Below are positions 32,635 through 43,593 of a stretch of 64,000 bases of DNA, in pieces (the first letter of the stretch is position 1; each line of letters begins with the position of its first letter). The DNA is from an uncultured Planctomycetaceae bacterium. GTDB taxonomy: Bacteria > Planctomycetota > Planctomycetia > Planctomycetales > Planctomycetaceae. The notes below the pieces were generated by a model. It was not told where the DNA came from, made no database searches, and saw nothing but the letters and a program-made list of their open reading frames with translations. The position numbers and the translations under genes were made by a program. The stretch spans positions 64,001 through 128,000 of the forward strand of contig CAWFAK010000014.1 of assembly GCA_963813715.1 (NCBI GenBank), read 5' to 3'.

Positions 32635-33636
32635 ATGCCACGTAGTCTGCGCTCTGTCGGCTTGGCTGTGCTCTTGCTGACCTTCTCGCTGACGGTCGCT
32701 CAGGCCCAGCAGCGGCGGCCGTATTCCATCCGCCTGACGACATCACCTTCCGGAAGGCGACGATTTTCAGCGAGGGGACACGGATGGCCGCCGAGGTCTT
32801 TTCGCCAAAGGGCGGCGGCGAAAAAAAGCTGCCCGACGATCGTCATGTCGCACGGTTGGGGCGGGACGGCTTCCGCTCTGCGGTCCGATGCGGTCTTTTT
32901 CGCCCGCCACGGTTATCTGGTCGTGACGTTCGACTACCGCGGCTGGGGGCGCGAGCGATTCGCGGGTGATTTTGACGAAGCCGCAGCCGTCGCGCACCGC
33001 CGACTTACGATTCACGGCCGAAGTGCTCGAAGTCCGCGAGGTCGTCGACCCGATCGACCAGACGGCCGACATCCTGAATGCGGTGAACTGGGTCTATGGC
33101 GAGCCCAATTGCGATCGCCAGCGGATCGGCCTGTGGGGCAGCAGCTACTCGGGCGGTCACGTGGTCTATGTCGCCGCCCGCGATCCGCGGATCAAGGCGC
33201 TCGTGAGCCAGGTGCCGGCCCTCGACTCGCGTCCGGTCGCCCTCGCCGAAGGCGCCGGGAGACGACGTTCAACGAAGCGGCCGCCCGCGCGCACGGCGAC
33301 CTGGGCTATCCGCCGCCGGGAGCCCGCGTCATCGGCAACCTTCGCGGTGCACCGATCCGCGAGAAACTCATGCAATATGCCCCGGTCGAAGACGTGGCCC
33401 GCGCCAAGCAGTGCGCGATGCTCTTCGTGCTGGCCGAGAGGGAGGAACTCTTCGACAACAAGGACCACGGCCTCAAAGCCTACGAACGCGCGACGGGCCC
33501 GAAAAAACTGGTCATCGTCCCCAAGATCAAGCACTACGGCATCTACCTCGAAGCCCGCAAGCAGGCCCAACAACTGGCCCTCGACTGGTTCGACGCGCAT
33601 TTGAAGAACGCAGCAGAGGAGAAAGCTGGAGGCTGA
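32635..33636 (+). CDS. Secreted alpha/beta hydrolase (several frameshifts)
   Basis: Signal peptide; HGWGG, FDYRGWG, nucleophile elbow GSSYSG, EELFD, KHY. Confidence 0.8.
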   Translation: MPRSLRSVGLAVLLLTFSLTVAQAQQRRPYSIRLTTSPSGRRRFSARGHGWPPRSFRQRAAAKKSCPTIVMSHGWGGTASALRSDAVFFARHGYLVVTFDYRGWGRERFAGDFDEAAAVAHRRLTIHGRSARSPRGRRPDRPDGRHPECGELGLWRAQLRSPADRPVGQQLLGRSRGLCRRPRSADQGAREPGAGPRLASGRPRRRRRETTFNEAAARAHGDLGYPPPGARVIGNLRGAPIREKLMQYAPVEDVARAKQCAMLFVLAEREELFDNKDHGLKAYERATGPKKLVIVPKIKHYGIYLEARKQAQQLALDWFDAHLKNAAEEKAGG

Positions 33637-33783
33637 GCTTCGCAGCCGGCGATTCTGGTGCGCTGATCACGGCTCCGATCGAGTGCCGCTTGACACTCGA
33701 GAAAGAATCGCCCTCCGCTTCATCGGTTCTCTATAATCGTTCGGAGAAGATTTGTGTCACCAGGTGCTTGAGACTGCCGCGCC

Positions 33784-34323
33784 ATGAAGTCGATCACGAA
33801 GGCGGATTGGGTCATCATGATCAGCGTCACGCTGATCGTCGCGGTGGTGCGATACAACTTCGCATTCGAGCAGTTTCTCACGCGATCCTTTGGATTCCCG
33901 GACGGGAGTGTGCTCGGGGAGGGGCCGGGTAACAATCCGCCGTTTTATTTTCTGCGCCAGGATGCGATGGACGGGCTGTGTGCCGGGATCGCCATGGGCT
34001 TGGCGCTCGTGCTCGTCGCCGTCACGTGGAAGCGTTATCGACGAGCGAGCTCGATGGCGTTTTTCATGGCCTGGATTTGGTGTATGCCGGGCCTGGTTCG
34101 GGGGCTGATCATCTGGTGGCGGTGTCCGCATCTCATGGATCCGCAGCGCGCGGTCTCGGCGTGGCCGACCTTCGATGCGTGGATGAACGATCCGCTGCAT
34201 TGGGCGGCGATGTTTATTGCGCTCGCGCTGGGAGTGGGCTGGGCGTTCCTGTGTCGGAAGTCCGTTAACGCGCAGCCGCCGGCTGACTCCGCGCTGCCGA
34301 CCGCCGTCGGTTCAACAGTTTGA
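33784..34323 (+). CDS. Hypothetical multi-TM membrane protein
   Basis: Four hydrophobic segments; coding-like codon usage. Confidence 0.6.
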   Translation: MKSITKADWVIMISVTLIVAVVRYNFAFEQFLTRSFGFPDGSVLGEGPGNNPPFYFLRQDAMDGLCAGIAMGLALVLVAVTWKRYRRASSMAFFMAWIWCMPGLVRGLIIWWRCPHLMDPQRAVSAWPTFDAWMNDPLHWAAMFIALALGVGWAFLCRKSVNAQPPADSALPTAVGSTV

Positions 34324-34607
34324 GCCGTCGGCGCATGAGTCGAGATTGAGTGGCTGCGGCAAGAACGAGTACGCAGGATGGCGTCGGTAGGCCAACCCAA
34401 GTTGCGCAGGCGCCCGAACTGTTCAAACGCGCAGGTAAATTGGGGGTTTTTCGCGCTCGGGCGCGTGGTTCGCGAAGAACCAGCCCCTTGAATTGCGGCG
34501 CCCTTTAATTGACAATCGACGGACCAACCCATCCGCGCGGGCCGTCGGCGTTCCCCTTCCACTACGTGCGCCGACGTCAGGCATGGCTCTTGAATGGAGC
34601 TCTGGCC

Positions 34608-37132
34608 ATGTTTAGCAGCCCCACCGACAGTTCGTTCCTGCGAGCTGCCGCGTCTCAGTCGTCGATTCGACTGAAGGAAGTACGCGATCGGCTCGACTCG
34701 GTGGTCGATTATGTCGTCGATGGCATTATCACGATCGACGACGGCGGTTTGATCGAAACGCTCAACCCGTCTGCTGAAAAACTTTTCGGCTACACCGCCG
34801 CCGAGCTGATCGGCCGCAGCGTGAGCCTGCTCGTTTCGGCCCCGCCCGACAGGGGCGAAGACAGCGACGACGTGCTGCCCGCGCCCAAAGTCCGCCTGGC
34901 GGAAATCGCCGGCACCGGGCGGGAGGTCGTCGGCCGCCGCAAGGACGACTCGATTTTCCCGATCGACCTGGCCGTCAGCTCGTTTTCCCGCGGCGGCCGG
35001 GAGTTTTTCACCGGCATCATCCGCGACATCTCCGAGCGCAAGAAACTCGAATTCGAACAGCACGAGGCGCACGACAAACTGCAGGAGGCCAACGAGCGAT
35101 TGCGCTCGGTCGTCGATTACGTGGTCGACGGCATCGTCACGATCGACGAGCGGGGAACCATTGCTTCGTGGAACCGTTCGGCCGAGGGAATCTTCGGCTA
35201 CGCGGCCGCGGAGATGATCGGCGAAAACATCGCCCGCCTGATGCCCGAGCCGCATCGTAGCGAGCACGATGAGCATCTGGCGACCTACGCGGAAACGGGA
35301 ATCGCCAAGGTCGTCGGCATCAATCGCGAAATGCTGGCCCAACGGAAGGACGGCACGATTTTTCCGATCGACCTGGCCGTCAGCGAATACGTGCTCCAGG
35401 GGAAACGGCTTTTCACCGGCATCATTCGCGATATCACCGAGCGGAAGCGGGCCGACGAGCGGACCAAGTTTCTGGTGAGCGCGACGGCGCTACTGACGAG
35501 CGTCGTCGATGCGTCGAGCCTGCTCACGCGGATCGCCAAGCTGCCTGTGCCGGGCTTTGCCGATTGGTGCATCGTCGATCTGTGTGGTCCGCGCGCCGAT
35601 CACGGTGCGGCCACGGTCGCCAAGTGGGCCGTCGCCCACGCCGACGCGGAGCAAAAGCCGATCTTGCGGCGACTCAAGAAACGACTCCCCGACACCTTCG
35701 GATCTGGGACGATCGTGGGGTCGGTGCTGCGGCACGGCAAGTCGCGCTTGGTGGTCGACGCGATGAATCCGTTCGAGTACGCGGAACCGTCGACTCCCGA
35801 GGATCGCGACTTGCTCTGCGGGCTCGACTCGCAATCGATGATTTGCGTGCCGTTGGCCACGCACCGCGTGACGTTCGGGGCGATCACGTTCGTGCTCTCC
35901 GGCACGTCGCGCAGGTATGACGAGGCGGACCTGGCGACGGCCGAGGACTTTGCCCAGCGGGCTTCGATCGCCATCGAGAACGCGCGACTCTACGAAGAGG
36001 CCAAGGAGGCCGACCGCCGCAAAGACGAATTCTTGGCGACCTTGGCTCACGAGCTGCGTAATCCGCTGGCTCCCGTCCGTAACGCGCTCGAGATCGCCCG
36101 CACGCCCGACATCGACGGCCGCGTGGCCGAGCGGGCCCTGACGGTGATCGATCGGCAGGTCGACCACATGGTGCGGCTCGTCGACGATCTGCTTGATTTG
36201 TCGCGGCTGATGCGGGGCAAGATTCAACTCCGACCCGAGCGGCTCTTGCTCAAGGACGTCATCGCCCGCTCGATCGAAACGGCCCGCCCGCTGATCGACC
36301 GGTACGGACATAAATTAGAGGTGAGCGTGCCGAAGGGACCGGTGGCCCTGTTCGCCGATCCGGTTCGTCTCGAGCAGATTATCTCCAACCTGCTCGACAA
36401 CGCGGCCAAGTACACCGAGCGGGGCGGCGTGATCAAACTGCGGGCCAAGGCCCACGGGGACGAAGTGGTGATCAAAGTGCGCGACACGGGGATCGGCATC
36501 GATCCCAAGCTGTTGCCCCATCTCTTCGACCTGTTTCGACAGGCCGAGTCGTCGATCGACCGTTCGCGCGGCGGGCTGGGCATCGGCTTGACGCTGGTCC
36601 GCCGCCTGGTCGACATTCACGGCGGCACGGTCGAGGCGCGGAGCGAAGGGCCGGGGACGGGGGCGGAATTCGTCGTCCGCCTGCCGTTGCACAAGGAGCT
36701 GCGCCGGCGCCGGAGATCATTCGCACCGATTCGGGGCGCATCGTCGAACCGCAGTTTCGCATCCTGGTGGTGGACGACAATGTCGACGCGGCCGAAATGC
36801 TCTCGACCATGCTGCGACTCGACGGCCATCGCGTCTGGATGGTGCACGACGGGAAGGCGGCCCTCGACGCGGCCCAGGCCTATCGTCCGGAAGTCATTCT
36901 GCTCGACATCGGCCTGCCGGAACTCAACGGCTACGAAGTGGCCAAGTGGCTCCGCGCGCACGAGAAGAATCGGCACGTCACGATCATCGCCATGACGGGC
37001 TACGGCCAGGAGCGCGACTGCCAGCGCTCGCTCGACGCCGGCTGCGACGCCCACCTCACCAAGCCGGTTGCCCCGCAAGCGCTCCGCACGTTTCTGCGGG
37101 ACCTGAGCGAGAAGGCGATGCAGAAGTCGTGA
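34608..37132 (+). CDS. PAS-PAS-GAF hybrid histidine kinase with C-terminal receiver (frameshift ~36710)
   Basis: Two FixL-like PAS repeats (DGIITID..NPSAEKLFGY; MPEPHRSEH), GAF, AHELRNPL, NAAKYT, GLGIGL, LDIGLP. Confidence 0.9.
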
Positions 37133-37255
37133 CGGCGCGTCGCGTCTTTGTTTTCGGCAGGTCTTACAGTGTGACGAGCGCAACAGCGTGAAGAGCGCTA
37201 CAGGCGTTACTTTCGTCAACGGAGACGCGGCTGCTGGAAAAAAGGGCTCGCTCAA

Positions 37256-37816
37256 TCAATGACGGGCGCTGCGACCTCCCCCTTCTAGCACCGGCACAAT
37301 GCTTTTCACTTTCAGTCTCGTTTCCCGGTCCTCGGCCAAAATCCAAAAGTGGAAGTTGCTGTCGGGAGTGTCCCGGCTCCAATAGGCAAGTCGCAGGTCT
37401 CTGCGAAAGAAGCCACCTTTGCCGTTGTCAACCTTGTCCGTCTGGTAGACGGTTTGGCCGTCGAGCGGAACTATGGACGTGCCGATCGTCGGAACGTTGA
37501 TTGGGACGGCGGCACGGAAATGGTCGACGCCACGACGAACTGCCACTTGAACCTCACACTTGTAGGTGCTGGGCGTGTAGGGCAGTGCATAAAAGACGAT
37601 GCCGTTCCCTTGGAGGAACGTGTACCCGCCCCCCTGATTGGCGTAATAAGTGAGAATTCCAACCTTCTTGGGCTGTGCGTCTTTGAGTTTGGCGAGTCGG
37701 GAATCATTTTCGGGAGCGACAGTCGAGAAGTCAGCAGCGGGCGGAGTCCGCCTGTCGTCGGCGACGACGGAAGACATCAATCCAATCGAGAGCGCGGCGG
37801 CAATCAGTGGTTTCAT
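37256..37816 (-). CDS. Secreted hypothetical protein
   Basis: Signal peptide MKPLIAAALSIGLMSSVVA; lower GC than its neighbours. Confidence 0.55.
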   Translation of the reverse strand: MKPLIAAALSIGLMSSVVADDRRTPPAADFSTVAPENDSRLAKLKDAQPKKVGILTYYANQGGGYTFLQGNGIVFYALPYTPSTYKCEVQVAVRRGVDHFRAAVPINVPTIGTSIVPLDGQTVYQTDKVDNGKGGFFRRDLRLAYWSRDTPDSNFHFWILAEDRETRLKVKSIVPVLEGGGRSARH

Positions 37817-38042
37817 CGCGCGTGCTTTGCATGAGGTGCGAACGTCACTCGCATAAGTGACTCCGTTCACTGCGGCAAGCTTAGTCGACTCCCCTCGCAA
37901 CCGCCAACAATTGCCACACGGCTTTGAGCTGTCGCTCGGCCTCCTTCCGCCCGGTGGACTGGCGCAAAGCCAGATGCTACAAAGCGGTTGGCACACATCG
38001 GCATTCATGCATATGTCGATGCGATCACGGGAGCGACAGGTC

Positions 38043-39386
38043 ATGTTTACGATCCCGCAGAGCGGCATCTCGGGCCATTGCGACGGAGTCACCCGCCGGA
38101 GCTTTCTCGAGGCCGGGGCGCTGGCACTGGGCGGATTGACGTTAGCGGACGTGGTCCGCTGCCGGGCCGAAACCGCGAACCCCGCAAAATCGCGGCAGAC
38201 GTCGGTGATCATGGTGCATCTCAGCGGCGGGCCGTCGCATCTCGACATGTACGACATGAAGCCCGAAGCCCCGCGCGAATATCGTGGCGACTTCAGCCCG
38301 ATTCGCACCAACGTCCCCGGGATCGAGATCTGCGAACTGATGCCGATGCAGGCGAAGATCGCCGACAAGTTCGCGATCCTCCGCGGCTGCCAGCTGGCCA
38401 ACCTTCATACCGGCAACGCCTTCTATAGCGGCTATGCCTGGCAGGAATCACCCCGCGCGTCGGTGCCGGGCGAAGCCCAACGTCCGGCGCTGGGTTCGGT
38501 CGTGAGTCGGCTGCGACCCAGCGGCCCCGGCGTGCCGACCTACGTCAGCGTCGACAACCCGCCCGACTGGGAACGAGCTTACTACGTCGGCCTCGAGCAT
38601 GAGCCATTCCGCGTCGGCGGAGGCAGCAGCCCGGAGGCGTTCGAGAACATGGGGCGGCGACGGCAAGTCAGCGTTTCACGGCTCGAAAGTCGCAACGAGC
38701 TGCTCCACCGGTTCGACGCGCTGTGCCGCAACTTGGAAGAGAACGCGACGATGAAGGGGATCGACGCCTTTCAGAGCCGGGCGCTCGAGATTGTTGCCTC
38801 GGGCAAGGTGCGAAAAGCGTTCGAGATCGAAAGGGAGCCGCAGCACATCCGCGCCCGTTATGGAGAAGGCGCCTGTCCGAACGGCACTCAGTGCGGTCGA
38901 TCGCTCCTCTTGGCCCGGCGACTCGTGGAAGCCGGCGTGTCGGTGGTGACGCAGTGCTTCTCCGGCTGGGACACGCACCGTGAGAATTTTAGCACGCTGC
39001 GCGGGATGCTTCCGCCGCTCGACCAGGCGCTCTACGGTTTGATCACGGACCTGGACGAGCGAGGACTGCTCGCCGACGTCGCGGTGTTGGTGGGCGGCGA
39101 GTTCGGCCGCACGCCGCGGATCGGCGATCTCACGGCGGACGGGCGGGGCCATTGGCCCGAGGCCGGCTTTCTGTGGATCGCCGGCGGCGGACTCAAGACG
39201 GGACAGATCATCGGCGAAACCGACGCGCGGGGCGAAAAAGTCGTCGGCAGCCCGATCCAGATCCAGAACGTGTTGGCGGCTCTGTATCACGTTCTGGGCA
39301 TCGACCCGGCGACCACGCTCCGCGACTATCGCGGCCGGCCGCAGTACGTGCTCGAACGGCGGAGTCCAATCGCTGGGCTGATCTGA
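38043..39386 (+). CDS. DUF1501 domain protein
   Basis: CDGVTRRSFL, GGPSHLDMYD.KP, LLARRLVEAGV, WDTH, GEFGRTP, GRGHW. Confidence 0.93.
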   Translation: MFTIPQSGISGHCDGVTRRSFLEAGALALGGLTLADVVRCRAETANPAKSRQTSVIMVHLSGGPSHLDMYDMKPEAPREYRGDFSPIRTNVPGIEICELMPMQAKIADKFAILRGCQLANLHTGNAFYSGYAWQESPRASVPGEAQRPALGSVVSRLRPSGPGVPTYVSVDNPPDWERAYYVGLEHEPFRVGGGSSPEAFENMGRRRQVSVSRLESRNELLHRFDALCRNLEENATMKGIDAFQSRALEIVASGKVRKAFEIEREPQHIRARYGEGACPNGTQCGRSLLLARRLVEAGVSVVTQCFSGWDTHRENFSTLRGMLPPLDQALYGLITDLDERGLLADVAVLVGGEFGRTPRIGDLTADGRGHWPEAGFLWIAGGGLKTGQIIGETDARGEKVVGSPIQIQNVLAALYHVLGIDPATTLRDYRGRPQYVLERRSPIAGLI

Positions 39387-39407
39387 AGTCGCCCGCGCGG
39401 GCTGACT

Positions 39408-39839
39408 CTAACGGAGCACCTGGCCGTTAACAGCCGCCGCCACTGCGTTGGCCGGATCGACGCGGCTCGCTTCTATTTGGGCCAGCATTTTGAGCAGTTT
39501 TTTTTGCATGGCCGCGGCCGTGGGTGGCTTGATCAGATAATCGGTGACGCCCGATTCGACGGCCGCCATGACTTCCTCACGTTCGTTCGCGGACGTGAGC
39601 ATGATGATGGGCACCTGCGAGTCGAGCTTGCGGACTTCTTGCACGAACGTCACGCCGTCCATGACCGGCATCCGCAGGTCGGTAACGATTCCACGGCACC
39701 CAAAGGTCTTGAAGCACGCCAGACCCTTCTCGCCATCCTCCGCCTGGAAGATCTCCTCCTCGCGAACCCCGAGCGCCATGAGGTTGCGTTTTAGGATCAA
39801 GCGGACCAATGCCGTGTCGTCGACGATCAGAATGTTCAT
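39408..39839 (-). CDS. CheY-like single-domain response regulator
   Basis: ILIVDD, TDLRMPVMDG, IIMLTS, YLIKP. Confidence 0.9.
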   Translation of the reverse strand: MNILIVDDTALVRLILKRNLMALGVREEEIFQAEDGEKGLACFKTFGCRGIVTDLRMPVMDGVTFVQEVRKLDSQVPIIMLTSANEREEVMAAVESGVTDYLIKPPTAAAMQKKLLKMLAQIEASRVDPANAVAAAVNGQVLR

Positions 39840-40128
39840 GGCAGCTATTCGCGGAATACGGGTCAGCCAGAATGGATCGTACGACACTCCAGATGGGGAT
39901 TCGGGCGAACAGTACCCAGATCGCGATGCTGCGCGCATCGTCGGCGTAAAAAAACTTGCCTTTGCCGGTTGTGAGCAAGGAAGTGGGCTGGATGCCGCCG
40001 CTGAGAGGAGTGGTCGCAACGAGCGTGCGGGTCGATCGGGTGAGTGGGCCGCCGCGACAACTTACGAGAGCAGAATTATGCAACAGTCTTAGCCGCGGAA
40101 CGTTCGCGGACCGCAAGTTCTTGAGCGC

Positions 40129-40166
40129 AAAAAAAGACACCGAGCGATGGGCCGCGGCGTCTTTTT
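40129..40166. terminator. Bidirectional terminator-like hairpin
   Basis: AAAAAAAGACACCG...CGGCGTCTTTTT. Confidence 0.5.
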
Positions 40167-40256
40167 GGGTGGGGCGGGAAGCGTGCGTGGGTTCCCGCCG
40201 CACAAGGCTCCCCGAGGCGGTCTCAACTCGAACCAGGATTCGTTGAGCGCGGAACC

Positions 40257-40494
40257 TTGCGTCTCAAGAGGTTACGACGAAAGGCCGTCATCGTGTTCTT
40301 CCCCTGGAACGGTTCCATCGAACCAGAACCGAAGGTTGCAGCGACTCCAAAGGATCCCCGTGATCCGCTCAAGCTCGCTCGCTACTACCAGTCGCTGCTC
40401 GACTCTGGCAAGTTCGAGAACCGGGCGGCACTTGCCCGCTTTCTCGGCGTCAGCCGGGGCAAGGGTGACGCAGGTGTTGCGGAGACTTCGGTGA
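40257..40494 (+). pseudogene. Small HTH protein remnant of the type found beside site-specific recombinases
   Basis: LARYYQSLLDSGKFENRAALARFLGVSR/ARVTQVLRRL, split by a frameshift. Confidence 0.5.
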
Positions 40495-40537
40495 AAACCA
40501 AAAAACGCTCGATCGAGTATCCGATCGCGGATCGGAT

Positions 40538-41115
40538 TCAACACGTTGCCTTCTTGACATGGTTGCTCGACCGATTTGTCAGGATGGCGCTCGTAATCAC
40601 GTTAACGAGGTGGTCCGCCCGTGACGCGAATGCGGGTTGGCCGGCGAGCCAGGCGAGCGCCGACATCAATGCGAACAGGTCCTCCCCATCCATATCGGCG
40701 CGCGCCGTTCCCTCGGTTTGAGCACGGAGCAGTAGTCGCGCGCCCGCATCGTGCAGCGCTGTGCTTGAAGCATGGAGCGCGGAATCAGGGTCCGCGTGGC
40801 GCTCGCCATCAAGTCGCAGACGCCGCCGTAGGTATGAGTGAATTCCACCCCTTCGCGAAACCAGGACACCAGTGCTTCGTCGGGTGGACTCGACGTTTCG
40901 AGTTCGGCTGCCCGCTGCGTCAGTGCGTCCCCTTTCGTACACAGCAACGCTTCGAACAAGGCTTCTCGCGTCGGGAAATGGCGAAAAAGTGTGGCCAACC
41001 CGACGTTGGCCCGGCGGGCGATATCTCGCATGGACGCGTCGGCACCATGCTCGGTGACGACGTCGCGCGCGACCGCAAGTAGATGGCTGTAGTTTTTTCT
41101 GGCGTCGGCTCGCAT
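40538..41115 (-). CDS. TetR/AcrR transcriptional regulator (frameshift ~40795)
   Basis: MRADARKN...ASMRDIARRANVGLATLFRHFPTREAL. Confidence 0.9.
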
Positions 41116-41123
41116 GGTTTGCC

Positions 41124-41179
41124 TTGACAAACGGATCAGTGATCCGTATAGTGGATTCGGTATCTGGATCAGTGATCCA
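41124..41179 (+). promoter_or_regulatory. Sigma-70 promoter with two palindromic TetR operators
   Basis: TTGACA(41124)-N17-TATAGT(41147); ACGGATCAGTGATCCGT (41131-41147) and TGGATCAGTGATCCA (41165-41179). Confidence 0.85.
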
Positions 41180-41243
41180 ATTATACATTTCATTTACGCA
41201 GCTGGGAATAGAGATGTTGTCCAACACGACAAAAGGAGAAGTC

Positions 41244-41993
41244 ATGGGAAAGCTTGAGGGTAAGGTTGCGGTCATAACTGGTGGCAACAGCGGGATTGGC
41301 TTGGCCACAGCCAAGCGCTTCGTGGAAGAAGGTGCGCACGTCGTGATCACTGGCCGACGAGAGAAAGAGCTGAAAGAGGCCGCAGCCTTGATCGGGAGAA
41401 ATGTCACGACGGTCGCGGGCGACATATCGCGCTTGGAGGATCTGGACCGGCTCTATGCCGTCGTAAAAGAGAAGCACGGTCACATCGACGTCCTCTTCGC
41501 AAATGCCGGCTGGGGTGAAGTCGCACCGCTCGAGACGGCTACCGAAGCTCATTTCGACAAAACCTTCGACTTAAATGCGAAGGGAACGTTCTTCACGGTG
41601 CAGAAGGCCCTTCCCCTCTTCAAAGACGGCGGCTCGATCATCCTGACCTCTTCAGTCGCGAACGTAAGGGGAGATTTAGCCTTTACCGCCTACGCCGCCA
41701 GCAAGGCGGCCGTGCGCTGCTTCGCTCGCGGCTGGACGATGGAGCTAAAGAATCGGAAGATTCGCGTGAATTCGATGAGTCCTGGCCCAATCGAAACTCC
41801 GGCTTTGGAGAACGCGGGCCTTACCGCTGAACAGGTGAAACAGGCGGCCGCTCAGTTCGCCTCGGAAGTTCCGCTCGGCCGCAGAGGTAAGCCCGAAGAA
41901 GTCGCTGCCGCCGTTTTGTTCCTCGCCTCCGATGAAAGTTCTTTCATCACCGGTGTCGATCTCGCCGTCGATGGAGGTATGGCGCAAGTCTGA
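41244..41993 (+). CDS. SDR family oxidoreductase
   Basis: TGGNSGIG, NAG, YAASK, SPGPIET; AGGAG RBS. Confidence 0.95.
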   Translation: MGKLEGKVAVITGGNSGIGLATAKRFVEEGAHVVITGRREKELKEAAALIGRNVTTVAGDISRLEDLDRLYAVVKEKHGHIDVLFANAGWGEVAPLETATEAHFDKTFDLNAKGTFFTVQKALPLFKDGGSIILTSSVANVRGDLAFTAYAASKAAVRCFARGWTMELKNRKIRVNSMSPGPIETPALENAGLTAEQVKQAAAQFASEVPLGRRGKPEEVAAAVLFLASDESSFITGVDLAVDGGMAQV

Positions 41994-42048
41994 TCCCGGC
42001 GCGGTCGCTTCTCAAACTTTAGTTCTCACACGAAATCGGAGAAACCTT

Positions 42049-42651
42049 ATGAGCTATGCGATCGTAGGATTCGGCAAGATAGGCCAGGCCCTGGCCCGCG
42101 CCTTCGCCCGTAAAAACATCGACGTGACCGTCGCGAGCCGCCGGCCGCCCGAGGCCTTGGCATCGGAGGCTCGGGCGATTGGACCCGCGGTCGTCGCCAA
42201 GTCGCTGCAAGAGGCGCTCAAGGCAGACACAATCATCCTAGCAATCCCGTTCGGGGAGCACCGCGAGGTTGCGAAGGCCCTGTCGAACTGGAAAGGCAAG
42301 ACGCTCATCGACGCGATGAACTCGTTTCCACTCCCACCTGAGGAACTGGACGGTCTCCCGTCCTCCGCCTTCGTTGCGAAGTCGTTCGCCAGCGCCAAGT
42401 TGGTGAAGGGTTTTAATCACCTGGTTGCAGCCATCCTGGCTACCGATCCAATCGTCGAGGGCGGCCACCGGGTCGTCTTCCTGTCGAGCGACGACGAGGA
42501 CGCGATCGCTCCCGTAGCGGATTTGGCCAAACAACTCGGGTTCGCACCCGTCAAGCTGGGAAAGCTCAACGAGGGTGGTGCGCTGGTGCACGCCCGCGGC
42601 CGCACTTGGGGTCAGCTCATCTTCCAGGATCTGTTCAAGAAGCAGCAGTAA
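42049..42651 (+). CDS. NADP oxidoreductase, F420_oxidored family
   Basis: GFGKIG Rossmann motif, IDAMN, VKGFN. Confidence 0.88.
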   Translation: MSYAIVGFGKIGQALARAFARKNIDVTVASRRPPEALASEARAIGPAVVAKSLQEALKADTIILAIPFGEHREVAKALSNWKGKTLIDAMNSFPLPPEELDGLPSSAFVAKSFASAKLVKGFNHLVAAILATDPIVEGGHRVVFLSSDDEDAIAPVADLAKQLGFAPVKLGKLNEGGALVHARGRTWGQLIFQDLFKKQQ

Positions 42652-42746
42652 CCGAGCTACGACGGTGTGATTTGGCCCGAGTAGTACGATTCCAAAACGT
42701 CCGACTAGATCGAACAGGTTCTGATGTGGGGGAAAAGGAGATTTCG

Positions 42747-43163
42747 ATGAGCATCGAAAAGAATGTCCAGATTGTTAAGAATTTTCTTGCGGCACTCGGC
42801 CGCCGCGATAAGCAAGGTTTGCTGGCGTTGTCTGCCGAAGATATTGAGTGGATCATTCCGGGCGAGGACTGGCCACTGGCCGGCAAACACCGAGGGCACG
42901 CGGGATTGGAGAATTTACTTCGGAAAGCTAACGAAACGGTGGAGACTTCCTACCCAGAGCCCCCCGAGTTCATAGCGCAGGGAGACCGGGTTCTGGTCAT
43001 CGGCTTCGCTACGGGCAGGATCAAAGCCACGAATAAGACGTTCGAGGACCATTGGGTCTTCGCCATTATCGTCCGAAATGGCAAATTGACGAACGTCCGG
43101 GAGTATATCGACACGCAAGCACTGGCGCGGGCCTCCGAGATGGACGCGAGCCCCAGACCCTGA
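42747..43163 (+). CDS. NTF2/SnoaL-like (ketosteroid isomerase-like) protein
   Basis: AGGAG RBS; DIEWIIPG..LAG, GDRVLV, REYIDT. Confidence 0.88.
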   Translation: MSIEKNVQIVKNFLAALGRRDKQGLLALSAEDIEWIIPGEDWPLAGKHRGHAGLENLLRKANETVETSYPEPPEFIAQGDRVLVIGFATGRIKATNKTFEDHWVFAIIVRNGKLTNVREYIDTQALARASEMDASPRP

Positions 43164-43284
43164 CCCATCAAGACCGATACCCCAGGAAACGATTCCTAGA
43201 GTCGACGAATACGTTGAACAGCGGCAACGCCTTCTGAACCGTAAACAGTGTCCCGTACTGGCGGCACCCAGAGGTCGCGAAGGC

Positions 43285-43570
43285 ACGGGCAAGCTGGAAG
43301 GGCAAGGTAGGTACGATCACGGGTGCGCCCCGGGGATGGCCCTGGCTACGGAGGGGCCTGCGTCTTCTTCACGGGACGATGTAAAGACAAACTGGCCGCG
43401 GCCGTCAGGTCGATCGGCCGCGACGTCACCGGCATCCAGGGCGATGCCTCCAGCCTCGCCGATCTCGACCGCCTCCACGAGACGGTGAAGAGGAAGAAGG
43501 GCCGGATCGATGTCCTTCTCGCCAGCGCCGGGACCGTTGAGTTCGCCCCGATCCAGTGAGGTCACCATGA
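43285..43570 (+). pseudogene. Degenerate second SDR gene (5' part only)
   Basis: GKLEG.., DVTGIQGDASSLADLDRL..GRIDVLLASAG; ACG in place of ATG, frameshifts, truncated next to the tRNA. Confidence 0.7.
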
Positions 43571-43593
43571 GTGGTTCGACTTGAGTCCAGAAA

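Larger units (their letters stand above)
40208..43593. mobile_element. Decayed ~3.4 kb genomic islet at the 3' end of tRNA-Asn
   Basis: Degenerate copy of the tRNA 3' end (CTCCCCGA..ACTCGAACC) at 40208-40234; lower-GC cargo; HTH and SDR remnants; no integrase present. Confidence 0.55.

Noticed and set aside
39850..40130. Riboswitch or ncRNA in this long intergenic region (also 34330-34600)
   Set aside because: No conserved riboswitch motif recognised by eye; an Rfam/Infernal scan would be needed
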